DNA from: Tubiluchus corallicola | Taxonomy: Eukaryota > Animalia > Priapulida | NCBI GenBank assembly: GCA_030141605.1 | Contig: JAQGDQ010001899.1 | Coordinates: forward strand, 1 to 21,782 | Direction of reading: 5' to 3' | DNA length: 21,782 bases | In this document: piece after piece, positions 11,391 to 21,291 of the stretch | Layout: every line of letters starts with the position of its first letter | How positions within the stretch are numbered: the first letter of the stretch is position 1 | The notes under the pieces: generated by a model | Databases searched by the model: none | Told to the model about the DNA's origin: nothing | What the model saw: only the letters and a program-made list of their open reading frames with translations | Position numbers and translations under genes: made by a program

Positions 11391-11486
11391 AAGCGAAAGA
11401 TAACTGTATATTTGTACAAGGGTTTGACAGAATTAGGCCTGCCTAAAAATAGAAACAGTGAATGGATAAAGATGGATTCCCCTTTT
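11391..11486. repeat. 96-bp dispersed direct repeat (second copy 13567-13662)
   Basis: aagc(g/a)aaagataactgtata...gatggattcccctttt is nearly identical at both sites. Confidence 0.92.
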
Positions 11487-11864
11487 GTTCATCAAGCCTT
11501 CATATTCGTTATTACTTATTTTGACCCTGTATATTAACATTAGAGCTGCTATAAAATTATAAGCAAGTTAACTTTTATTGCATGTAATTAAAAGAAACTC
11601 GTGTGATTCGAACTCTAAATCTTATGCAGTTAGAATCTTGACATTGCTAAAGTGGTTTTAGCTGACCGAGCCGTAAATAACACTTCATTTTTTGCTTATT
11701 TCAGATTGAACGATTCTCACGATTTTTTATTGATCGATATGCCTAAGCGGCAAGTAAAGAAATTTTGCTTTTTAGCCAGAAAACCTTTCCATTTACTTTT
11801 TTATTTTCTGCATATGTACCGTTGTCCAAACATACAGAAATATTTTTTATATCACTTTTTACAG

Positions 11865-11928
11865 GATCATCTTACAAGCAATTTTTGAAACATTTTAAGT
11901 TAACAAGCCAGTCCCAGGATAGGACCAG
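11865..11928 (+). CDS. Candidate exon (GSSYKQFLKHFKLTSQSQDRTR)
   Basis: Acceptor cactttttacag, donor CAG|GTATC and an open frame. Its linkage to the downstream exons is uncertain. Confidence 0.25.
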
Positions 11929-12377
11929 GTATCGGCAAAAACATTTTCAGAATATTTGGCAAACTTTTAAATAATTGAACGGTTTCAGTTGCAGTTAATT
12001 GGACATTTTCCTTTGACTGACTGTGCGATTAAAATCGTTTTTGCGAGGTTCTAGATGATCGATTGCTGATCGCGGAAAGGGTAGCTGTTTTTACTTTTAT
12101 AGTTTTGAAATTTGATAAACTGGAAATGTTTCCTTGCAGAACTCAATTCAAATGTTTATCTTGGTAGATAAAATCATACGAGATAGGATTGTCTGCAGAG
12201 CAAAGCATTGGGTTATTCATTACTTTAGGTTTTTCTGTTTACCTGCCTAGATACGTCATTAGGTTGCCATTTTACAGTTGACATGACAACCGTTTCATGA
12301 AAATCGTGTTCTCTAGATTCTATAAAACGTCCTCCATCATTGGCATGTAATCCGCTGTTTCATATTTTATCATCTAG

Positions 12378-12573
12378 TATTTGGAATGTTTACAATAGAA
12401 AAACTGGCTAAAAATATATTACATGGTCAGCAACGAGACCGAGGATTTGCTTCAAGGCAAAACAGATCCGTTTATAAGGTTACATTGCAAGCGAGTAGAA
12501 AGCGCTTTTTTAACATAAAAACTGGGTGGGATATACCACTGCAGACCCCTTATACCTCTTGTTTTTGTGATTG
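12378..12573 (+). CDS. Candidate exon upstream of the zinc-finger exon
   Basis: Acceptor ttttatcatctag, open frame (ORF 12386..12577) and donor TG|GTAATT just before the stop. Its phase-2 end fits exon 12641 across a 67-bp intron (TG+G=Trp). Confidence 0.4.
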
Positions 12574-12640
12574 GTAATTTTTCACTTTTCGGGTTTTTAT
12601 TTTCAGGTAACTCAGTAAAAATTATTTTTGTGACTTTTAG

Positions 12641-12771
12641 GCGAAGGTGCCCAAATTTTGATGCATGTGGAGGGCAGGGCAAGTGGAGGGGGGTCTTGGC
12701 AGGCACTACGTAATGGGAAATTGTCCTTTTGAGCTGGAGGCGGTGCCTGTCCCGGCCTTGCGTGTGACCAG
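12641..12771 (+). pseudogene. Exon encoding a CCHHC/C2HC-like zinc finger, frameshifted by 1 nt in a G run
   Basis: Acceptor tttttgtgacttttag, strong donor CAG|GTAAGC, GC-rich island. Adding one G at 12688-12693 gives RRCPNFDACGGQGKWRGGLGRHYVMGNCPFELEAVPVPALRVT and a 132-nt phase 2-2 exon. As written, no + frame is open. Confidence 0.5.
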
Positions 12772-13153
12772 GTAAGCGGATTTTTTTATAATTTAAACCT
12801 GACAAAAAGGAAATCTTAATTTTACTGACACAGTTAGAACTGACTTTCAACCCTTAAATTTCAACTTTTTATTATTATGTATAAAAGCACAAAACTGGTT
12901 AAACTTTGTCTCTAAACATGTTAGAGGCCTGATGCAGGGCTGATATGCAAAAACATGCTGTTAGACATCTTTAAGAAATGACAAAATTTAGCTAAGGAAC
13001 TTAAGTTTACTAATAATAACTGGCATTATAGACTAGCAAAGGCATTGCAACTTGTCAGTTTAACAGTACAAATGCTAGCTCCCAATGTTCAGTAATGCAC
13101 AAACGTCTTTTGCTTTTTATGCAGAAACAGTGAATGGACGTATTAACATATTA

Positions 13154-14003
13154 ACTGATACTTTACGTTGGTTTTATATGACTTAATAACACGTCAAATG
13201 TCAGCATAATAATCGGCCCATGTGACGACGCAAATAGCCACCAAAGTAGTTTTCATTTTGCTATGAGTTATACAGCACCTCCCCAATGACACACCCACCC
13301 CTGATTTTATTGAAAAAATGTAAGAGGCCATATTAAGGACTTTAGAGGCTTACATGTTTGCAAAACAAGAATTTATTTTTCAGAGCTTATCCAACTGGAG
13401 TTGGACGTCCTATGCCGGTTCGTCGGGTGCGGTCTGCTAATTTCAGGCAAATTCTAACCCTAATCATGATTATTTATAATATTTATCGTTACAATAATTT
13501 ATATAATATGTACACTTTTGCACACATATTACTGTTTGAATGAAAATTTACTGTACATGACTCTCAAAGCAAAAGATAACTGTATATATGTACAAGGGTT
13601 TGACAGAATTAGGCCTGCCTAAAAGTAGAAACAGTGAATGGATAAAGATGGATTCCCCTTTTCGAAATCCTAAAATAATTATGAAAATGTAAGACATTAC
13701 CAGAAACGTATTTACTGATACTTTACGTTGGTTTTATATGACTTAATAACACGTCAAATGTCAGCATAATAATCGGCCCACGTGACGACGCAAATAGCCA
13801 CCAAAGTAGTTTTCATTTCGCTATGAGTTATACAGCATCTCGCCGATGACACCCCCACCCCCGATTTTATGGAGAAAATGTAAGGGGCCCATATTAACGA
13901 CTTTTTAGAGGCTTACGTGTTTGCAAAGATTTATTTTTCCGAGCTTATCCAACCGGTGATGGTCAACCTCTACCCGTCTGTCGGGCGAGGCTGCAAACTT
14001 CGG
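13154..14003. repeat. ~290-bp segmental duplication (13154-13446 / 13714-14003), partial third copy about 14110-14215
   Basis: actgatactttacgttggttttatatgacttaataacacg... recurs at a 560-bp offset. All three copies include gagcttatccaac. Confidence 0.93.
13384..13543 (+). CDS. Candidate exon RAYPTGVGRPMPVRRVRSANFR... (copy 1)
   Basis: Acceptor ttatttttcag; phase 2 fits donor 12771. Many differences from copy 2 are synonymous. The 3' end is uncertain (stop at 13543, or a GC donor after 13446). Confidence 0.4.
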
Positions 14004-14203
14004 ACCACATTCATATGCAAGACGTCATATTAAAAGAATTGCTGCTAATGGGACAGAATAGTCCCAAATTGTTACTCTGTTTTGTTACTTTATTACGACA
14101 CACGCACGATTTTATAGGGGAAATGGATTGACTATTTTAACGACTTTAGAGGCATTGAAGCCTCGTGATTTGTTTTACATGTTTGTTATACAACAATTTT
14201 TAG

Positions 14204-14336
14204 AGCTTATCCAACGGATTATTGTAGCCACACTTCATTGCTGCCTAATCTGGTTTGTAAACTTTCCGTGACTGAAAATGAAGAGAGAACTTTTGAGACA
14301 CGAACCTGTTTTTTATTTGGGACAGCAAACTATTAA
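14204..14336 (+). CDS. Candidate alternative terminal exon RAYPTDYCSHTSLLPNLVCKLSV...ANY* (copy 3)
   Basis: Acceptor caatttttag, same phase, open to TAA at 14334-14336, which overlaps ATTAAA. Confidence 0.25.
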
Positions 14337-14590
14337 AACACAGTGAGATTACAGTGTAGGTAAGAAAAACCTCAGACGATAGTTCTGCAAAGAAGCCATG
14401 AAAAGTTAAATGATAATTATGCAACTCATTAGTGTAACATTTCCTTACCTAAATAACACAACTGATGCAACAATTATCTACTCAAGTTAATGTTACAAGA
14501 AAGATTCCAGGTGTTGATCATAAAAATGCCATTGACCCATAATTAGCAATAGCCAATAGCCACTCAACAGAACAACAAGTTCTTGGGAAA

Positions 14591-15422
14591 AAACTGGAAT
14601 CATCTGCTTGCACAACTTTGTCAAATACCCTATAGCAGTAACTATGAACCAAATGATATTTAGAAACTGGAATCATCTGCTTGCACAACTTTGTCAAATA
14701 CCCTATAGCAGTAACTATGAACCAAATGAGATTCAGAAACTGGAATCATCTGCTTGCACAACTTTGTCAAATACCCTATAGCAGTAACTATGAACCAAAT
14801 GAGATTCAGAAACTGGAATCATCTGCTTGCACAACTTTGTCAAGCACCCCCTATAGCTGTAACTGCAATCATCTGCTTGCACAACTTTGTCAAATACCCT
14901 GTAGCAGTAACTATGAACCAAATGAGATTCAGAAACTGGAATCATTTGCTTGCACAACTTTGTCAAATACCCTATAGCAGTAACTATGAACCAAATGAGA
15001 TTCAGAAACAGGAATCATCTGCTTGCACAACTTTGTCAAGCACACTATAGCAGTAACTATGAACCAAATGAGATTCAGAAACTGGAATCATCTGCTTGCA
15101 CAACTTTGTCAAATACCCTATAGCAGTAACTATGAACCAAATGAGATTCAGAAACTGGAATCATCTGCTTGCACAACTTTGTCAAGCACCCCCTATAGCT
15201 GTAACTGCAATCATCTGCTTGCACAACTTTGTCAAACACCCTATAGCAGTAACTATGAACCAAATGAGATTCAGAAACTGGAATCATCTGCTTGCACAAC
15301 TTTGTCAAACACCCTATAGCAGTAACTATGAACCAAATGAGATTCAGAAACTGGAATCATCTGCTTGCACAACTTTGTCAAATACCCTATAGCAGTAACT
15401 ATGAACCAAATGAAATTTAGAG
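14591..15422. repeat. 73-bp minisatellite with a recurring 50-bp variant (342-bp higher-order unit)
   Basis: The tcat(c/t)tgcttgcac anchor occurs at 14600, 14673, 14746, 14819, 14869, 14942, 15015, 15088, 15161, 15211, 15284 and 15357. Confidence 0.97.
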
Positions 15423-15697
15423 AATGGGAGCAATTTTCCATAATCATCAATAGCCAAAATTTACAAACAACTTGATAGAACAACAGCACTTAAGACAAAA
15501 ATTAGAATGATGTCTGCTGGACTGCTTCGCCATGGAACCTGTTGTCGTGACTGTTCAAAAACCAAAGGGAAATAATAATCGAAAAGAAAACGTACTTCAG
15601 CATTCTTAAACGTGTTTACAAAAGAAAATGTTGTTTCTCGAATGTAAACAAATCTGCAAAAATCAACATAAAAACAAAAACTGTTAAAAGAAGACAA

Positions 15698-15826
15698 ATA
15701 ATGGCGGCGGCAACAACAACAATGACGACCAAGATAATTACTGGCAGTCTTGTGGATTCTTTACGAAGAAGCTAGTTGTAGTAGATGACGATGATGATGA
15801 TGATGGCGAAGGTGATCATGACAATA
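15698..15826. repeat. Cluster of trinucleotide runs (GGC, AAC, GAT)
   Basis: aataatggcggcggcaacaacaacaatgacgac and gatgacgatgatgatgatgatggc. Confidence 0.7.
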
Positions 15827-16841
15827 CTGAAACAAAATTATACAATGCTTGTTTGTATATAATACGCAGTTCTACATAGAAACGTGAATGGTTCCCAGTC
15901 GAGGAAGAAAAAACGTTTCTGCATTCAGTGATTACCTGATTCAACTGTGAGAAATCTACAAGACATCTACAGAAATCTAGAACACGCAAATTCGTTTGTC
16001 AACCGAAAAACATTTAAATTTTGCAATGTGCATTACAAAAGCCCATAGTGATGTGACATCTATTGATTTTAATCATTATTTTACCACGAATAGGTTAAAC
16101 TAGTACTATAAATAAGACTATTAAATTAGTTGTAAAATTTCTTTAATCACAATAATAACGGATTGGGGATCGTGAATGCTGGGTATACGAAACACAGGAC
16201 AAAAGCTTGTCCCTACAAAGTACGAGGATGGAAGAGAAAGATAAATTATTGCTGGCACCGAGCCAAGATTACAGCTGCAAGATCTTCACAGATATTCATA
16301 AATATTTGCTCAAAATTTCATGCAAAATAACTATAGAATTTTTGCTGCCAAATTATCGGTGGGGAAGGGTAATGTCGGTGGAGACTTTATATTACTTACA
16401 TGCTACCTTTTCGTATGCATCGCTTGCATCGGCCGTAACGCTGTATAAAACGTGTAAATTTAAACTCCGCGATGACCGTTAGGTGAGGCCATTTTAATCG
16501 TAGGTCTTGCGAAAAAAGTTTTGATAACATTAAATAAAGTTTGAAAAAATAATCAGAGAATTCGTGGCGTGAACGTTGCTAATTACGTAAACTTTTAAAT
16601 TACTGTATCTTGTCAATAAGATTAAAAATACGTTCTTGGCTAGTGAGTGGCGCATCCTGGAGGGTGAGTCAGTGACATTTTACCAATTGGCACAAACATT
16701 TTAAATTATTAATCTAATTATTTAAGTCTTTCCAGCAGGTAAGTGAAATTCTAAATAATATAGATTTGCGTTTTTTAGATCATAATTCAACATTGTTTTC
16801 ATTTTAGATCTCCCGCAATACTGTTCCTACGTCGCCATTAC

Positions 16842-16851
16842 GTGACGTCAC
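16842..16851. promoter_or_regulatory. CRE/ATF palindrome GTGACGTCAC
   Basis: Perfect TGACGTCA in a locally CpG-rich patch. Motif match only. Confidence 0.25.
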
Positions 16852-17084
16852 ATATGCACGATGTCATGTAAATCAGGGGAAGAAAAGGTAAACGAAAATT
16901 CGTTTCAACGTGAATACGATATGTACATAAAATTACTGTAAAGTAGTATAATTTTTCAAGGTGATTTTCTGAAGCCTATTTTAGGTGCCCCTTTTCTTGT
17001 CGTTCAAGCGCTCAACCAACATTAGTAGTTGTCCAGAACAAGCCCAAACCAGTGTCAGTTAATCACCAAATCACTCGATTAGAA

Positions 17085-17469
17085 CTATACAAGGTGCTTG
17101 TTTGCTGTTTATACCATGTTCAGAGCAGACTGTACCACTCTATACAAGGTGCTTGTTTACTGTTTATACCATGTTCAGAGCAGACTGTACCACTCTATAC
17201 AAGGTGCTTGTTTACTGTTTATACCATGTTCAGAGCAGACTGTACCACTCTATACAAGGTGCTTGTTTACTGTTTATACCATGTTCAGAGCAGACTGTAC
17301 CACTCTATACAAGGTGCTTGTTTACTGTTTATACCATGTTCAGAGCAGACTGTACCACTCTATACAAGGTGCTTGTTTACTGTTTATACCATGTTCAGAG
17401 CAGACTGTACCACTCTATACAAGGTGCTTGTTTACTGTTTATACCATGTTCAGAGCAGACTGTACCACT
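17085..17469. repeat. 55-bp minisatellite, 7 near-perfect copies
   Basis: Unit ctatacaaggtgcttgtttactgtttataccatgttcagagcagactgtaccact. It has no + strand stop codons, hence three overlapping ORFs. Confidence 0.98.
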
Positions 17470-17677
17470 AAACAAGCTAAGCAGTTAGCTGGGGCAACAA
17501 ATTTTAGAAGTCTTTAATTTTTTAAGTTTAGCATAAGTGATAAAAATTATGAACAATCAAGAGGGCTAGAATATGCACCAATTATAAGCTACCATTATAC
17601 TTTATAATATTGTCACTACAAATTCAATTTTGGGGGTATGGTGGAGGCGGCAGCGGGAGAAGGGATCGGGCGTTGAA

Positions 17678-17972
17678 GGGAGGGTGCTAAAAATTCTACG
17701 TGGAAAAGAGGGCGCCAAAAACTATTTGGAAAAGAGGGCGCCAAAAACTCTACGTGGAAAAGAGGGCCCTAAAAATTCTATGTTGAAGAGAGGGCGCCAA
17801 AAACTCTACGTGGAAAAAGGGTGCTAAAAATTCTACGTGGAAAAGAGGGCGCTAAAAACTCTACGTGGAAAAAAGGGTGCTAAAAATTCCATGTTAAAGA
17901 GAGGGTGCCAAAAACTCTATGTGAAAAAGATGACGCCATAAATTTTAGGTGGAAGAGAGGGCGTTAAAAAAA
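17678..17972. repeat. ~28-bp degenerate minisatellite, about 11 copies
   Basis: Consensus ctacgtggaaaagagggcgccaaaaa(c/t)t. Confidence 0.92.
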
Positions 17973-18845
17973 TTGCCTAGAGCACCCCAAACTACCTAAA
18001 GCCGCCCATGACCATGTTACGTTTTTATGCAGTCACAAAACGACAACACTAGATATAAGTAGGACACACTGGAACACTATAGACTATCCTGTTAAGTATA
18101 ATGGAAGCAGACACGAGAGATACGTGGAGTAAACAAAGCTCGACTACTTCTGGAAGTTGTCCATAATAAACCCAGTGTAAGTGATAGTCTTACAAATCAA
18201 CAATTGTTAAGAAGCAAAGTGCTCAAGTCTTTGAAGTAGTTAGGCGTAATGGTAATATATAACTTGAAAGGGAAGTATTTTGCGACTATAAAAAACACTA
18301 ACACTATAAATTATAATAAATTTACTATATAGCGCCTTGCGTTATTGGTGTAAATGCCAAATTAAGTCAGTGTAAGTTGACAGCGAGGCTGTAATCTCGG
18401 ACCAACCAGTGAGTTTAACCACCCCTAAAAGACCTCAAGGGCAAACCAACGGAGGTGTAGGTAGACTCAAGATCACGTTATATAAAACTTTGCCATTGTT
18501 TCTTCTTCAGACGAAAACATACAAATGCTGCATGTTGTAAATTACACTAACCACCAGGGACAAATAATGTGCAAACATCTCACCTAGTGGTTTAGAGAGT
18601 AAAGTAGGCAGGGGACGAATACGAAAGTGCAGCACTGTATAAAAATAGCAAAAGTCGTTGAATAGTCAAAACGCAACTTTCCAACCCAGTGATTATTTAT
18701 TTATTATTTGGATTATTTATGTAACTGTCACTTCAACTGTGTCTTAGAACTCTAGAATTGTTAAGGAGCTAAGTCATCAAACTTAAACAGGTCATAGCAA
18801 GAGATGAGAGAAAAATTGTTGATGGGTAGGCGGTGACATGGGGGG

Positions 18846-19343
18846 GGGGGCAGTTTAGGGTCAAAGTTTACAACAAGTAAGGACTATGAGCGGCTGGACA
18901 AGCAAAGGTACTCCTCTCACTGTACAAAGTGTGAAAGTGACATTGGAGAGGTGGTCGGTGACCTTGAGTGGGTGGATTAAAGTCAAAGGAGATGAAAGTT
19001 TAAAAACTACTAGAGAAAGGAGGTCACAAAACTGCAAGGAGCTCTTTGACAAACATTGTGCAACTCATAACAAGAGGTAGATGAGTAACTAAGATGGGGT
19101 ATTCAGTGACTTTGAGTGGGTGGTTCACAGGTAAAGGTGACAACAAAAGCACAACGGCAAAGAATTCGAAAAGGAAAGGTAGATAACTTACTGTACCAGG
19201 TGGAGAAGGAGATCGATGAAGTAATCAATAACTTTAGATTAGTGGTGGAAGAGGAAAGGATGCTATGATTTAGAAACAATTATAATAGACAATTGCATTA
19301 AAATGGTAAGCAGGAGTTGTGTGCCTGAACTGATGCAACTTAA
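18846..19343. repeat. Left outer arm of a long inverted duplication (partner 21292-21782)
   Basis: gggggcagtttagggtcaaagtttacaacaagtaag... matches the reverse complement of the window end. Roughly 85% identical over the first ~180 bp by manual count, decaying inward to aactgatgcaactta. Confidence 0.93.
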
Positions 19344-19356
19344 CCTCAACTGAACT

Positions 19357-19612
19357 GTGACAACTCAACTCTCTATAGGTGACTTTAGTTTGTGGTTTAA
19401 ATTCAGTGACAACTCAACTCTCTATAGGTGACTTTAGTTTGTGGTTTAAATTCAGTGACAACTCAACTCTCTATAGGTGACTTTAGTTTGTGGTTTAAAT
19501 TCAGTGACAACTCAACTCTCTATAGGTGACTTTAGTTTGTGGTTTAAATTCAGTGACAACTCAAACTCTCTATAGGTGACTTTAGTTTGTGGTTTAAATT
19601 CAGTGACAACTC
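19357..19612. repeat. 49-bp minisatellite, about 5 copies
   Basis: Unit gtgacaactcaactctctataggtgactttagtttgtggtttaaattca at 19357, 19406, 19455, 19504 and 19553. Confidence 0.97.
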
Positions 19613-20309
19613 AGACTGTCTATAAAAGGACAGTTAACAGAACTACGTTGAGTGACCAATAATGACGTAGCCAGTGATACAATATGATAAAATGTGCCTG
19701 CTTTCTTACAAAAAAATATCACTTGCAACTTATCATTAAAATTATATCTGCTGCTAAAAGAATTTTTCCCAATCTAATATCACTTTATTGAGAAGTAAGT
19801 TAAATTGCTGTAATTTCAGTTAAATTACTGCAGTAAAAACAAGTTCTACCTGAGGACTAAAGGCAAGATTACAAGATGGTTTTTAGCCCAAATTTTAATC
19901 ATAACATCTTCAACACACAACGCCGCAGTGTTCAAGTTGCTACAGTTACTGCAGCAGCTGCCGGCAGCGCTGCAGTCGCTCTTGATGATTCAGAGCCTAT
20001 TAATTAACGTAATCCTAATTAGTGCAGATCTAACTGCAAGATATTCAAAGTTTTACAAAGTAAAAGCCGTGTCTCGCTGTTTCTTATTTATCTCGTGAAT
20101 TTTGGAAGACTTTGTAAGACTTTGAATAAAATATTCTATTCTTTAATTAATAAATTAATTAACGGCTCTAACGTGGCAAGGAGAGTAGGACCTTTTAAAT
20201 GATTTGCATATCATATAAATATAAAAAAACACTTGATAAAAACAAGTTTTATAGTTTTAATTGATGAGACCCTACGCTCCTTACCTACCACCCTATTACT
20301 AACTAGAAC

Positions 20310-20350
20310 TAAAACTAACTATCACTAATTATCACTAATTATCACTAACT
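20310..20350. repeat. 10-bp tandem repeat (actaattatc)
   Basis: actaactatcactaattatcactaattatcactaact. Confidence 0.8.
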
Positions 20351-20877
20351 ATTGCTAAAACTGCAGCAGCTTGAACATGTGACACATCAAATTTTCCGAT
20401 GATTGTTTATGAATATTTTTCTAACATTTTTGAAATTAAAACAACATGGAAGTCTTAAAATTGCTCAAGTAAGCGGATTTTCTACAAATTTTGCTTTCAG
20501 AACTGGATCATAGAAAATGTCTGCACTACAGTAACTTAATGATTACGTTTTCAACTCAAACTGTCTTGCATAAATTAGTGCAGCAGATATAATAAGTAAA
20601 CCTTAGCTAGCATAGGTCTACTGATTAATTGCAAGTGAAACAAGTGTGTGGTGGGGGTGGGGGGGGGGGGCATTGGGGGGGTGGTGCAGGTCACTAAACA
20701 GTTTGATCATAGGAGACGAAAAGTAAAAATTAAATAGAGAAGTAAATAAGATTTGGAACTATTATAAACAACACAAACGTGTAAATGATAGAAATGATAT
20801 TGTAAATGAAAAATCTAAGAAGTTAAAAAAAATCATTTTACTTCTTTTATTGTCGTGCAGACTACGATGTAAAAAAT

Positions 20878-20980
20878 TGAAAATGGCACACATTTGTAAG
20901 GTCTCCTGTTTTACAGTTTGAAAAAGGCACACATTTGTAAGGTCTTCTGTTTTACAGTTTGAAAATGGCACACATTTGTA
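20878..20980. repeat. 41-bp tandem repeat, 2.5 copies
   Basis: tgaaaa(t/a)ggcacacatttgta... at 20878, 20919 and 20960. Confidence 0.9.
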
Positions 20981-21291
20981 CTGTAAGTACACAATCAGCT
21001 TGCCAGCTTCAAGAGTTCTAGATTTAGAGCCAAAATGAATAATATTAGCCTTGCACTTTAGCAGTAATTCATTACAACTGCTTTTTACAGATGTTTTGAG
21101 TTGCCACAGTTTATGATAATTAGTCACCCTCCTTTTAGAAAAATACGTTGCAAGCCTTTGTTTGCCTAACTACTGGTGGTTTTAGAAGTTGTTGCAGCCC
21201 ATGACCTCGTACTGCCCACAGTTTTACAATTGTTCAGCTTCTAACCTTGAACCTCCACCAACAAAGTCATTCACTAACCTCATTACGTAAC

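Noticed and set aside
12140-12230. Faint MBT-repeat-like reading (MFILVDKIIRDRIVCRAKHWVIHYF) upstream of the zinc finger
   Set aside because: It lacks the diagnostic HFDGW/YDYW/PVGW residues, so it is too weak to call the gene L3MBTL-like.
12452-12850. 132-aa minus-strand ORF
   Set aside because: No recognisable motif. It is antisense to the better-supported + strand exons.
14681-15489. Cluster of 72-98-aa ORFs on both strands
   Set aside because: They are products of the 73-bp array cycling through reading frames.
17052-17517. Three overlapping Cys/Tyr-rich ORFs
   Set aside because: The 55-bp unit happens to lack + strand stops, so all frames give the same permuted peptide. There is no coding signature.
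18859-19080. GQSLQQVRTMSGWTSKGT resembling tyrosine-recombinase box II; paired ORFs in the palindrome arms
   Set aside because: There is no correctly spaced HxxR motif or catalytic Tyr. Arm-to-arm substitutions show no clear third-position bias, and the frames break by stop or indel.
20648-20685. G-rich tract with G-quadruplex potential
   Set aside because: It is a simple poly-G run whose length is unreliable in assemblies, and there is no further evidence of function.
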